DNA of 64,000 bases, taken from NCBI GenBank assembly GCA_963713605.1, contig CAVQMO010000001.1:416001-480000 (forward strand), read 5' to 3'. Below the pieces are notes generated by a model. That model saw only the letters and a program-made list of their open reading frames with translations, searched no databases and was not told where the DNA came from. Both the position numbers and the translations under genes were made by a program. Source of the stretch: an uncultured Nitrososphaerales archaeon (lineage in GTDB: Archaea > Thermoproteota > Nitrososphaeria > Nitrososphaerales > Nitrososphaeraceae). Shown here one piece after another: positions 10,020 to 20,319 of the stretch. Within the stretch, counting starts at the first letter, position 1; the number at the start of each line of letters is the position of its first letter.

Positions 10020-10643
10020 TTGCCGTTGACGATTATGATGCGACATGGACAGGCAGAGAATAATGTTAATAAGATTTTGGTAGGTAGGCACGTTGAAGCA
10101 CATCTTACAGAATACGGAAAGCGGCAGGTTGCAGACACAGCGATGTACTTGAAGGAAATACCGATAACCAGGATACTAGTTAGCCCGGTAATTAGAACGA
10201 TTGAAACTGCGAAAATAGTATGTGAGATATTAGGTAGCACCTATGAGATCGACGAACGGCTCTATGAGATAGAGCTAGGAAAACTGGTTGGCATGAATTA
10301 TGAAGAAATTGTTCAAAAATATGGCAATCTCTTCTTAAAATTTTATTCCGGCAATGATCCGACTTTGCTTAGCTACGGCGTAGAATCATTCACATCTGTA
10401 AAAAATCGTATAAACAATCTGCTCGAAGAACTTGGACACAAATGCGAGGATGAGAATGTCCTTCTAATAACTCATCTAGATCCGATTAAAGCAGCAATTT
10501 CGATTCTTTTAGATCTTAATCCGAAGTCCCTTTATAGATGGCACATCCGCAACGCGTCTTTAACAATACTAAGGCAAGAGAGCCAGATCTATTCACTTTC
10601 GGCTGTAAATTTGATGAGTATCAATAGATATTTTGAAGAATAG
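10020..10643 (+). CDS. Histidine phosphatase (phosphoglycerate mutase-like) family protein
   Basis: MRHGQAENN (RHG motif), SPVIRTIET, LITH. Confidence 0.88.
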   Translation: MPLTIMMRHGQAENNVNKILVGRHVEAHLTEYGKRQVADTAMYLKEIPITRILVSPVIRTIETAKIVCEILGSTYEIDERLYEIELGKLVGMNYEEIVQKYGNLFLKFYSGNDPTLLSYGVESFTSVKNRINNLLEELGHKCEDENVLLITHLDPIKAAISILLDLNPKSLYRWHIRNASLTILRQESQIYSLSAVNLMSINRYFEE

Positions 10644-10804
10644 TAGGGTTCCTCTTGAGTAAAAAATTCACATCCTCATCTTCATCGTTTTTCCCGTCAT
10701 CAACCTTGATACAACTCAAGTCACTTCTAGAAGGCCAGAGAGTTGACACAGTATCATTGCATAACAAATTAAATAGTTTGAGACCTCACTAAATCACATC
10801 CCAG

Positions 10805-11947
10805 ATGGATTTATTCACTAGGGCTCAGGCGCACATATCGGGATATTGTAATGATTTTATCTCCTTAAAATTATTCTTCTTCTGTTTGTCACTTATTATA
10901 CTTGGCTTTGCCTCTTCTAACATTGCATTTTCTCATCTAGAACACCTACCTCATTATAATGGGGGCTTCTCTGGCGTTGGTAAATATTACATATTTCAAG
11001 GCATGGAGCCTGACTATCCACGACCTGCAGAGCCAGCGGGAATTGTCTTTAGCATTCAAGACAACAAAGGAAACGACATGACAAACATTGTAACTATGGT
11101 TGAAATCTATGATGAGAAATCTGGCGACCGTATTGCAGTATTTCCATGGACCAAGCACGATGTGGGCGATTTCAGGCTCTATTATACATTTCCACAAATT
11201 GGTAATTATGTACTCGTCGTGAGCGTGGCTGATGATCTACCTGCTAGTGAGAGCAAAATCGGCCTTTCAGGTCCGGCGAGGAGTACCCTTCTGGATAGAT
11301 CGGATTGTGGCTGTGAACGAGGTTTGATGAATATTTCTGTAACTAATAACTTTGGCACGATCTATTACAGTTCAATTTTCACCGGAATTTTTATGGGCAT
11401 CGCAGTATTAGGTGCGGTTCTTGGCCTTATCTTTCTCAAGAGAAGAAAGACAATCATGTCTGCAAATATCAGAGATAGGCAAGTCTTGAAGTATTGCATA
11501 TTGTTCTTAGCGATGGCATCGGGGTTTGTACATATAGCGGTCTTCCCTGGACACGCTTCTTTAAGAATTGAATATAGCATCTTCCTCTTTACCGCGGGAG
11601 CGGCTCAATTCACATATGGGATGGTTTACGTATTAATTTCATTAAACGAATCCAAGATTTCAAATGATATAGCCTCTGTCAGAAAACACTATCGGAAAAC
11701 TGCGGTTTTGAACATGTTTGGTCTGATCGGCAGCTCTGTATTACTTGGCCTATATCTTTACTCTGTTATCTTTCCACCTCCGTTATCTCCTAACAATGTT
11801 GCTGAGCAGGTAGAGGTGGCAGGTGTAATTGCTAAATCGACTGAGGCTATATTGGTGGGAGGCGTTGTGTACCTCATGATCTGGGAACGTCGAAGGTTTA
11901 GATCTGAGTTGATCCGATACCAGCAACAATCGGGAAGTCAATTATGA
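10805..11947 (+). CDS. Uncharacterised membrane protein: signal peptide, His-rich extracellular beta-rich domain, about 5 C-terminal TM helices
   Basis: Hydrophobic N-terminus then HLEHLPH; YTFPQIGNYVLVVSV; DCGCE; TM region with HIAVFPGH. Confidence 0.7.
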   Translation: MDLFTRAQAHISGYCNDFISLKLFFFCLSLIILGFASSNIAFSHLEHLPHYNGGFSGVGKYYIFQGMEPDYPRPAEPAGIVFSIQDNKGNDMTNIVTMVEIYDEKSGDRIAVFPWTKHDVGDFRLYYTFPQIGNYVLVVSVADDLPASESKIGLSGPARSTLLDRSDCGCERGLMNISVTNNFGTIYYSSIFTGIFMGIAVLGAVLGLIFLKRRKTIMSANIRDRQVLKYCILFLAMASGFVHIAVFPGHASLRIEYSIFLFTAGAAQFTYGMVYVLISLNESKISNDIASVRKHYRKTAVLNMFGLIGSSVLLGLYLYSVIFPPPLSPNNVAEQVEVAGVIAKSTEAILVGGVVYLMIWERRRFRSELIRYQQQSGSQL

Positions 11948-12047
11948 AGGAACCAGTTTTGATTTTTGTAGAAATTGTAGCCTATGACTGATATTAGAAA
12001 CCTTAAATTAGAAGTACAGGACTAATGAGCTAACGAGTGGATCTGCA

Positions 12048-12324
12048 GTGGTATCTAGATTAACAATATCTTGGACCATGATAGGATGTCTATCAGTTAT
12101 AGGTTATTTGTCTATTTTCGGTAGCACTTTCACGGATGTTCTTGCTCAGGAAGCTGAAGGAGCTTATCGTAAGAAGAGTAGCGATATGGGACCTATTCTA
12201 TCAAGGTATGGTAGCGGCTTTTGTAGTCGGAGCGCTGGTACAGGGTACATTAATTTACATCTATTGGCGATTTAGAGAATCCAATCCCAAAAACAAACCG
12301 CGAACCGAAAAGAAGGAGGCATAA
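12048..12324 (+). CDS. Small membrane subunit of the heme-copper oxidase cluster (subunit IIa-like / split first helix of CoxB), frameshift near 12170
   Basis: Joining ORFs 12048.. and ..12324 gives signal peptide plus IWDLFYQGMVAAFVVGALVQGTLIYIYWRFRES, resembling CoxII helix 1; 5 bp upstream of coxB. Confidence 0.65.
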
Positions 12325-12329
12325 CGAAA

Positions 12330-13160
12330 ATGGGTCATGCTACCGTAGAATGGATCTATGTGGGCGCTGTAATATCAATTCTATGTTGGGTAGGTGCCTC
12401 TGCATGGAACGTAGAACACGAAATTGAGGCTGCACCTCCGGACGCGGAGACTATCAAGGTTATTGGACAGCAATGGTTTTGGACTTTTGAGCATGAGGAC
12501 GGAACAAAAGAGGTTGGGGAACTACACGTCAAACAGAATGTCCCGTACAGATTTGAAATTACCTCTCAAGATGTTATCCACGATTTCAATGTCCCTGATT
12601 TCGTCATTTTGATGGATGCCGTTCCAGGGAGGATTAACACACTCTGGAATGTATTTGATGTTCCAGGGGAATATTTGATCCAGTGCAGGGAATACTGCGG
12701 TCTGCTTCATTATAATATGAGAGCTAAATTGTTGGTTGAACCTGCCTCTGCAGAGTCAGCAGAATCGCCTCAGTCAGCCCCTACAACAGCAGGTGCACCA
12801 GTTGCATCACCTTCAGCTGCTCCAGGGAACCAAACTAACCAATCCAGCACCACAGCAGGACCTTCAGTGACTCTTACTATTCCAGAAGGCGCATCAGTAC
12901 AAGGAAATCCAGCATATGATCCAGATCCATTAACCGTCTCTGTAGGAGACGTAGTGGAGGTATCAAATAAAGACACAGTACCCCATACAGCCACAAGTGG
13001 TTCTGGGCCGGAAGATCCTGAATCAGGAAGTCAGTTTGACACAAGCATTATAGATGCAGGCGCAACTGCACAGATAGATACCGCCACACTTACAGCTGGA
13101 GACCATCCATTCTACTGTTCGGTACACCCGTACATGCTAGGTACTATGACAGTCCAATAG
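12330..13160 (+). CDS. coxB: Heme-copper oxidase subunit II (CuA) with C-terminal fused blue-copper (cupredoxin) domain
   Basis: GQQWFW, DVIHDF, CREYCGLLHYNM (CuA); Ala/Pro/Thr linker; VPHTATS...YCSVHPYM type-1 Cu site. Confidence 0.93.
   Translation: MGHATVEWIYVGAVISILCWVGASAWNVEHEIEAAPPDAETIKVIGQQWFWTFEHEDGTKEVGELHVKQNVPYRFEITSQDVIHDFNVPDFVILMDAVPGRINTLWNVFDVPGEYLIQCREYCGLLHYNMRAKLLVEPASAESAESPQSAPTTAGAPVASPSAAPGNQTNQSSTTAGPSVTLTIPEGASVQGNPAYDPDPLTVSVGDVVEVSNKDTVPHTATSGSGPEDPESGSQFDTSIIDAGATAQIDTATLTAGDHPFYCSVHPYMLGTMTVQ
12873..13144 (+). repeat. 272-bp cupredoxin-coding repeat, copy 1 (in coxB)
   Basis: Base-by-base comparison with 15612..15883 shows only two mismatches. Confidence 0.95.
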
Positions 13161-13498
13161 CTGGATAACTTGGTGCCGTATTTCTAAAGCAGCATACCGT
13201 TTTCACGTGCGAAAGATGTGGCCCGCACTTAACTGAAAACAGGACTATTCTATTTAGATGCACACAAGCTGACTAAGACTATCTCCACCTTGTGTTTAGC
13301 AAGAATTGAGTTGCTGCTACTATTATCCATCGATGGGGCAATAAGGAAAAGAGAAGAACACCATAAAGTCCATCGTGAGAGACAATACGATCATTAGAAT
13401 TTCCTCATCTGTCAAGCCTACTAATTTAATGGTTAATCTTAAAACCAAAATGCTTTTATTGACATTCCTTTCCAAGGTATGTTGTCAGTAGGTGGTAT

Positions 13499-15033
13499 GT
13501 GTTGGTACTAGAAGTTAAAAAACCGCGTCCTCTCTGGGAGATTCTCTTTTCGACTCATCACACTGATATTGGATTGTTGTATATCGTATCCTCTATTGCT
13601 TTTCTTATGATGGGTGGTGCTTTAGCTATGGCATTAAGGGCCGAATTATGGATGCCAGGTGCACAAATAATCCCAAGTTCATCTGATTTTCATAGAATAT
13701 TTACAGTGCACGGAACAAATATGCTATTTCTATGGATTTTGCCATTTGGTTCGGGTGTAGGGAACTATCTGATACCAATAATGGTAAGGTACCACGATAT
13801 GGCATGGCCAAAACTGAATGCCGTTGCATTTTGGATGATACCCGTGGCCGCGGCCATGATATGGATTGGCTTTTCCGATACAGGGTGGACCGCTTACCCA
13901 CCTTATTCTACTCTTAGAGCACCCGGACCAGCTGCAGACCTTTGGATATTTGGCGCCAAAATATTGGGCATTTCATCAGTATTAGGAGCAGTGAATTTCG
14001 TTGTTACCATTCTGAGATGTAAACATCCTGATCTCCCTCTTATGAAGATGCCCTTGTTTTCTTGGTCCATACTTATTACTTCCCTTATGATCATTGTCGC
14101 AACCCCAACCTTTGCTGCCGGCCTTGATAATGCTGTATACAGATAGGCTTGGGATCTCTGGCTTCTTCAATCCTGAAATGGGCGGGGATCCTATTGCTTA
14201 CCAACATCTGTTCTGGTTTACGTTCCATCCCGAAGTCTATATCTTCCTAATTCCAGCCGTAGGAATGCTGTATGAAACCATCCCCAAATTTTCCAGAAAG
14301 CCGATATTTAGTTATCAGTCTGGGGTTACGGCATTTGTACTGCTAGGCATAATTGGGTTTGCGTCGTGGGCACACCACATGTTCGCGGTAGGGATGAGCT
14401 TCACTGAGAAAACTGTCTTCATGGTAGGAACACTTGCTGCGGTTCCAGCGTCAGCTGATGCATGTTTTCAATTGGCTTGCCACCATGTGGGGAGGGAGAA
14501 TAAAGTTTGCTGCACCTATGCTTTTTGCTGTTGGGGCAATAATGCTATTTTTCGCGTCGGGAGCTGGTGGCGTTGTGAATACTCAGATGCCGCTCGATTT
14601 TATCACACATGATAGCTATTGGGTGGTTGGTCACTTCCACCTAATGCTAATGGGTACAGTTTCTCTCGGACTAACCGGTTTCCTGTACTACCTCTTCCCG
14701 TTAATGACTGGCCGAATGTATAATGAGAAATGGGCCAAAATTCACTTTGCATTAGCATTTGTTGGAGTGATATTCGTATTCATTACGCAACACTTGCTAG
14801 GGTTATATGGTATGCCTAGGAGGGTTTACGACTACGTTGACTCTCCAGAATTAGTGATGATGAACCAGATTGCGACGATCGGAGCATTTACAGTCGGGAT
14901 ATCATACGTCATAATGGTCATCAACATGTTAAGAAGCGCAGGCAAAGGAAAGCCGGCCGACATGGAAGATCCGTTCAAGATAGGAGAAGAGTATTATGAC
15001 TACAGAAGACGAGAACCACCAATCCATCATTAG
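13499..15033 (+). CDS. coxA: Heme-copper oxidase subunit I, two frameshifts (near 14120 and 14458)
   Basis: TVHGTNM, GWTAYPP, YQHLFWFTFHPEVY, WAHHMF, YWVVGHFH, GMPRR spread over three overlapping ORFs. Confidence 0.95.
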
Positions 15034-15899
15034 GACCTCTCCTCGGAGGTTGGCCAAGGGTATGGCCATTCTGGTCATAGTTATGGCAGTAGGTGCCGCT
15101 ATTGCTGTGCCAAACTGGACTAATATGACAAAGTATCCACCTCTTGTTACTACAATTGAAACTGAGCCTTCTCCAGCGGGTGTTAGTGAAGGGGGAGGGC
15201 TTCCGGCGGCCGAAGAAACCGAAACTCCAGTTCCTGCGGGCGCGATGAAAATAACTATACCTGAAGGTGCAGCAATACAAGGAAATCCTGATTATGATCC
15301 TGATGATGCACAAGTTCCGCTAAATACTAAAGTTGTTTGGGAAAATGCCGATTCTGTTCCTCATACAGCAACCTCTGGAAGTGGCGCAGAAGACGCCAGC
15401 TCTGGACAAATTTTTGATACGGGTATTATAAATAATGGTGAAAGCTCAGCACCTATGGAATTAGTCGGTGCTGCAGAAGGCGATGAGATCGCATATTATT
15501 GTCAGGTTCACCCGTATATGACCAGTTCTCTTACAGTTACCGCTGCAGGTGCTGAAGGTTCAGCAGGCCGCACCAGCGGCAGGTGGTGGAGCCGAAGCTG
15601 CTGGTGCAACACTTACTATTCCAGAAGGCGCATCAGTACAAGGAAATCCAGCATATGATCCAGATCCATTAACCGTCTCTGCAGGAGACGTAGTGGAGGT
15701 ATCAAATAAAGACACAGTACCCCATACAGCCACAAGTGGTTCTGGGCCGGAAGATCCTGAATCAGGAAGTCAGTTTGATACAAGCATTATAGATGCAGGC
15801 GCAACTGCACAGATAGATACCGCCACACTTACAGCTGGAGACCATCCATTCTACTGTTCGGTACACCCGTACATGCTAGGTACAATGAAAGTATCATGA
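14996..15899 (+). CDS. Membrane-anchored tandem blue-copper (plastocyanin-like) protein with two cupredoxin domains, frameshift near 15570
   Basis: One TM helix, then VPHTATS...YCQVHPYM and VPHTATS...YCSVHPYM. Confidence 0.88.
15612..15883 (+). repeat. 272-bp cupredoxin-coding repeat, copy 2
   Basis: Near-identical to 12873..13144 (GTA/GCA and GAC/GAT differences only). Confidence 0.95.
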
Positions 15900-15903
15900 A
15901 AAG

Positions 15904-16371
15904 ATGAATTTTCTCAAGTATCTTTCTTTTGGGACTCTTTCTTGCCTGTTTGCTCTGATCTTCTTTGGCGGATATGTTAGTGCCTCTGGGGTTGGTCTAT
16001 CATGTCCAGATTGGCCCCTCTGTCCCGCGGGATTGGTGCCTATGGGTGAATTCTTGATTGAATATATGCACAGGACATTGGCAGCCACTACAGGATTACT
16101 TGTAATCATAACAATGCTCTTTACATTAAAGTCAAGATCGTCGAGAAGAGGTATGAAACTCGCTGCCGTAATTGCAGCTGGGCTAGTGTTGGGCCAGATT
16201 GCTTTGGGTGGAGCAGTGATTGTCGAAAGGCTGCATGCTCTCTTGGTTACAATACACTTCGCCATAGGCATGACGTTGTTCTCGATGTTAATTTTGGTGA
16301 CTGTATACGCTTTTCAACTGCCTTCTCCGACAGCCAGAAAAGAAATTACTAGCACTCTTGGAAAAACTTGA
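15904..16371 (+). CDS. ctaA: Heme A synthase, compact 4-TM type (COX15/CtaA family)
   Basis: SGVGLSCPDWPLC, EYMHR, VTIHF motifs. Confidence 0.88.
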   Translation: MNFLKYLSFGTLSCLFALIFFGGYVSASGVGLSCPDWPLCPAGLVPMGEFLIEYMHRTLAATTGLLVIITMLFTLKSRSSRRGMKLAAVIAAGLVLGQIALGGAVIVERLHALLVTIHFAIGMTLFSMLILVTVYAFQLPSPTARKEITSTLGKT

Positions 16372-16689
16372 TGTATGGTGGAAGGCTTCAGAGTTATTCT
16401 GCAATAGTGTTTGGTGTTATTGTGGTAAGGTAAGAAGGCCATGAAGTAAGTGATTCTTGTTATTGTTACATTTTGCCTAAGTTCCCATTAGTATAATACC
16501 TGTGTGACCTTTGAGGTGTCCAGTAGTCTACCTCACACTTCATGATGTTATGAACAATATGAGATTAATGACAAAATAGTAAGCAATGTCTGATTTCAAT
16601 TTTTTTTCTGACTTAAGGAAATCATACCTACCAACCTGTAAGAATTATTTAGCAAAATATAATACTGATAACAGTTACCTCAAACACTT

Positions 16690-17641
16690 ATGTGGAAGGT
16701 TATGATGCCAAGAAAAATTGCTTTTGGTGAAAATGCTGCTAAGGAATTTGACTATCCAAAGAATTCTCTAGTTATAACTACTACAACCCCAGACATTTAC
16801 GAAAAGTGGTTAGACTACATGGGCATCAAAGAATATGAAGTATACAATAAGGTGACACCTAATCCATCAATAGAAAGCGTAGAAGTCATAAGGAAGAATT
16901 ACGAAGGAAAGAAGATTTCCGCCTATATTGGCTTGGGAGGAGGAAGTTCTATGGATGTATGTAAATATTTGGGCAAGTTAACCGGTATTCCGAAGGTACT
17001 TATCCCAACAACATTCGGCACTGGTGCTGAAATGACAACCTACGCCGTTATAAGTTTCGAACATAAGAAGAAGTTGCTTCAGGACGAGGCTTTTCTTGCG
17101 GATGCCGCTGTGGTGGATCCATATTTCTTGCCTGGTACACCATACAACATTATGAGAAATTCTGCATGCGATGCGAGCAGCTCAGGCGTCTGAGGGATAT
17201 GATAGCAAATTGTCTAATCCATTTACCAAGCTCTTTTGTAAAGAAGCATTCGATGTGTTAGAAGACGCAATAATTAATGATAAGCCACAATTATTACCAT
17301 ATGGTGCGATGCTATCAGGAATTGGTTTTGGTAATTCGTCGACTACCTTGGGACACGCGCTATCTTATGTATTCTCAAATGAAGGTGTGCCTCATGGATA
17401 CTCGCTATCTTCATGTACAACAATAGCACATAAATTCAACAAGTCAATCTATTATGAAAGATTTAAGAAAATCTGCAAAAAGTTAAATTTTGAACCTCTC
17501 ACGCTGAAGCAGGGATTTGAGGAAGCTGCAGATGTTATTATGCCTGATAGAGGACACCTGGATAACAATCCCATTCCTGTTACTAGACAAGATATAGTTA
17601 AGTGCTTGGATGAAATAATAAACAAAAATCCTCTCTCATGA
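16690..17641 (+). CDS. Iron-containing alcohol dehydrogenase, probable malonic/succinic semialdehyde reductase of the 3HP/4HB cycle; frameshift near 17176
   Basis: GLGGGSSMD, IPTTFGTGAE, GHALSY, VPHG Fe-ADH motifs; substrate assignment is from recalled similarity to thaumarchaeal enzymes. Confidence 0.85.
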
Positions 17642-17695
17642 CAAAAAACCTCGCTAGCTGCCACACATATCATTTCTACGGTCATATAATTTGAA

Positions 17696-18112
17696 CTAGG
17701 TCGAACTTTCTAAAAGCTTCTTGCGATTCCTACGGATCAGAGGTATAATCTTTCTCATAGTTATATCGTGGAAGTTCTCTGTGTCGACATCAAAGGTGAA
17801 GATTATAACGTATCGGAGATGATTGTGCTCATCTGTGATAGGTATGGTGACCCTTAGCAATTTGTCGTAGTGAGAACAAGTATAGAATATTTTACCTAAA
17901 ATCTCTTGCCATCTGACCCGAGTATACTGTCTAGTAGCGGCTGTAATGGCGTATTGCTCAGTCTCTTGCATGTTCAACAAAGGAATTATTCCCTTCCTTT
18001 CGGCAGTTGCTAGTAGTCTACCATGGCCATCAGCTATTCCAATAAATCTAATTGATTTATCAAGAGTTACTACTTTGTCACAGAAGCGTTTAAACAAATT
18101 ATTATCGATCAT
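17696..18112 (-). CDS. Thaumarchaeal DUF6659-like (roadblock/longin-like) protein
   Basis: LDKSIRFIGIAD..GRLL...RKGIIPLL...LGKIFYT...YDKLLRVTIP pattern of this expanded family. Confidence 0.7.
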   Translation of the reverse strand: MIDNNLFKRFCDKVVTLDKSIRFIGIADGHGRLLATAERKGIIPLLNMQETEQYAITAATRQYTRVRWQEILGKIFYTCSHYDKLLRVTIPITDEHNHLRYVIIFTFDVDTENFHDITMRKIIPLIRRNRKKLLESST

Positions 18113-18296
18113 TGATTTATCACATTGATGGCTACCATTTTTATACTTTTGACTCGAGTCGGCCTTGGCCTTACCTGGACAACGTGCGTTTAAAATACAA
18201 GCGAGATTAAACCCGATCTCGGATAAATTTTCCTACTTCTGATGTAATGTTATTCCTTTGGCCCTGACAACTTTGATAAACAATGCAAAGCAGATC

Positions 18297-19124
18297 TTAC
18301 ACGTTGCTTTTTTCTACTGGGAGATCAGGCTTATTACCCCATTCTCCCCACGACCCTAGATACATTCTCGCTTTTTTGTATCCCAATGTCTTCAGCACAA
18401 TGAATGTATTTGCGGCCCTGTAGCCACCCTGACAGTAAGTAATTACCTCATCGGTTTTTGATATCTTTGAATACGTTTCAGTCAACTCTGGGATACTCTT
18501 GAATTTGCCATTGTTTTCCCTATCTATATTAAGTGACCAGTCAATATTAATCGCGCGAGGTATATGACCCCTTTTTAGAGCACGTACTACTTTTCCGTCA
18601 AATTCTTGCTTGGATCTACAATCCAATAAAACATATTTCTTACTTGGCATTTGCATTGTCGAAGACTTTACCATTTCCAAATCTGCTAACACTTCTGAAT
18701 TTGTGTTTGTTGCTAGTTTTGCATGGGGAAAAGCGTTTGTTTCTTTCTCAATTTCAAGGCCTTCTGCCTTCCATTCTCCCAATCCGCCATCAAGTATGGA
18801 AACATTTGACTGTGAAAAGTAATGTGAGAGCCATACTCCTCTAGATGCAGAAGGCCCTGAAATATTGTCATAGAATGCAACAAATTTTGCGTCACTCAAA
18901 CCAAGGTTCGAAAACAACAAGTTCATCTGCCTGTTGAATTGCCTTATTCCAATCCTAGATGTGTCTATCCAATGAAACTGAATTAAATCTATGTTTATGG
19001 CGCCCGGAATATGTCCATCAAGATATTCGTCAAGGGGTCTCGTATCAACTATGACAGTTTGTCCTGCGAGATTAGAATCATATAGTATTCGGTTGAGTTC
19101 CTTTGCAGGAAGAATCAGATTCAT
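18297..19124 (-). CDS. Second tandem-domain sulfurtransferase (rhodanese)
   Basis: GHIPGA/GHIPRA, active-site YCQGGYRA, YLGSWGEW. Confidence 0.92.
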   Translation of the reverse strand: MNLILPAKELNRILYDSNLAGQTVIVDTRPLDEYLDGHIPGAINIDLIQFHWIDTSRIGIRQFNRQMNLLFSNLGLSDAKFVAFYDNISGPSASRGVWLSHYFSQSNVSILDGGLGEWKAEGLEIEKETNAFPHAKLATNTNSEVLADLEMVKSSTMQMPSKKYVLLDCRSKQEFDGKVVRALKRGHIPRAINIDWSLNIDRENNGKFKSIPELTETYSKISKTDEVITYCQGGYRAANTFIVLKTLGYKKARMYLGSWGEWGNKPDLPVEKSNV

Positions 19125-19200
19125 GACTGGACGTCATTACGCATTACCTCACTTATGCCTACGCATTCCCTTAGGGTTATTGAACTGCGGAAAAAATATG

Positions 19201-19446
19201 TTACCTAGCCCAGGGATTCTTATTTTGTTGGTGTAAGTACTTTGTAGAGGTTTTCTTGTTTGACGCTGACATGTCTTCGATTGCAAAAACATATCTAACA
19301 CCACTTTCCCTCAGGTCCGTACTCAACATTTCATTCATCCTCTTGACGTCTTGATGCACTTTTTCCTCAGTATATTTGTGAGTCCGCGCCACGACATATT
19401 GGAACTGGTCATTTAGATACCGATGGATCTCGTAGACTTTTATCAT
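19201..19446 (-). CDS. Hypothetical protein
   Basis: ORF from MIKVYEIH; AT-rich upstream region; no motif recognised. Confidence 0.5.
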   Translation of the reverse strand: MIKVYEIHRYLNDQFQYVVARTHKYTEEKVHQDVKRMNEMLSTDLRESGVRYVFAIEDMSASNKKTSTKYLHQQNKNPWAR

Positions 19447-19584
19447 ATGCTGAATTATCCTATACAATAAACACAGGAGGTATGTTTTTTGGTTGATTAT
19501 TATAGTTATTTGTGTCAAATTAAGTTATCGCGATAAGGTAGATATATATTCATGAACGGTGATATTTTCACTCCCCACACATCT

Positions 19585-20319
19585 TTAGGGTAGATTGATA
19601 AATGGGCCATACATTCGCAACCATTTTCGATCGTCTTCATATGTTGGGCGATTTAACTTTACTAATTCCCAAAATCTCTTAGAATGATTGAGCTCTAATA
19701 GATGCAATAATTCGTGGACAATTACATAATCAATAACGCCATTTGGCAGAGCAGACAGCATCACATTAAAATTCAAATTCTTTTTTAAGGAACAACTACC
19801 CCATCTGGTCCTATGATACTTTATTGAGATACTATTGAAATTTAAGTTTAGTCTTGAGCTAAATACTTTTATTCGCTCGTCAAGGATTCGAGACGTGTTT
19901 TGACGATAGAATTCAATGATAGTCTTTTTTCTTTTCTTATCATTCGGACTATGTATTGTAATCCTGCTCAGACTTTCAGACATAATCACATAACAGAGTC
20001 TGTCTTTTACTAGTTGAATATCATATGGCGTTCCTAGAAAAAGTATCTTTCCTCGTTGAATTAGCAAGGGATCTAATCCTCTCGTAATCTTCTCAAAATA
20101 AGTAACAGATTTAGAAATCCACTCTTTTTTTGATTCAATGAAAGTGATAATCTCTTGATGACTTGTTAAATTTGGAACTATGGCATAAATTCCATGTCGG
20201 TTTACTTTAAGAGAAATGCGTTTTGACCTATTGCTTTTGATTAGCTCGACATTCGCGTTCATACCATTAGAAAGTGTCACTGAAGAAAATGATTGATTAA
20301 AATCCATTCTTGTTTTCAA
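19585..20319 (-). CDS. YgjP/DUF45 family metal-dependent hydrolase
   Basis: RWGSCS, IDYVIVHELLHLLELNHSKRFW. Confidence 0.9.
   Translation of the reverse strand: MKTRMDFNQSFSSVTLSNGMNANVELIKSNRSKRISLKVNRHGIYAIVPNLTSHQEIITFIESKKEWISKSVTYFEKITRGLDPLLIQRGKILFLGTPYDIQLVKDRLCYVIMSESLSRITIHSPNDKKRKKTIIEFYRQNTSRILDERIKVFSSRLNLNFNSISIKYHRTRWGSCSLKKNLNFNVMLSALPNGVIDYVIVHELLHLLELNHSKRFWELVKLNRPTYEDDRKWLRMYGPFINLP

Noticed and set aside
13499..15033. coxA as three separate genes or a programmed frameshift
   Set aside because: Breaks fall mid-helix, each is fixed by removing one base, and they match the window-wide error pattern.
16540..16595. Possible C/D box sRNA (ATGATGT...ATGA...TAATGA...CTGA)
   Set aside because: C box is imperfect, guides are AT-rich, and I could not match them to rRNA or tRNA.
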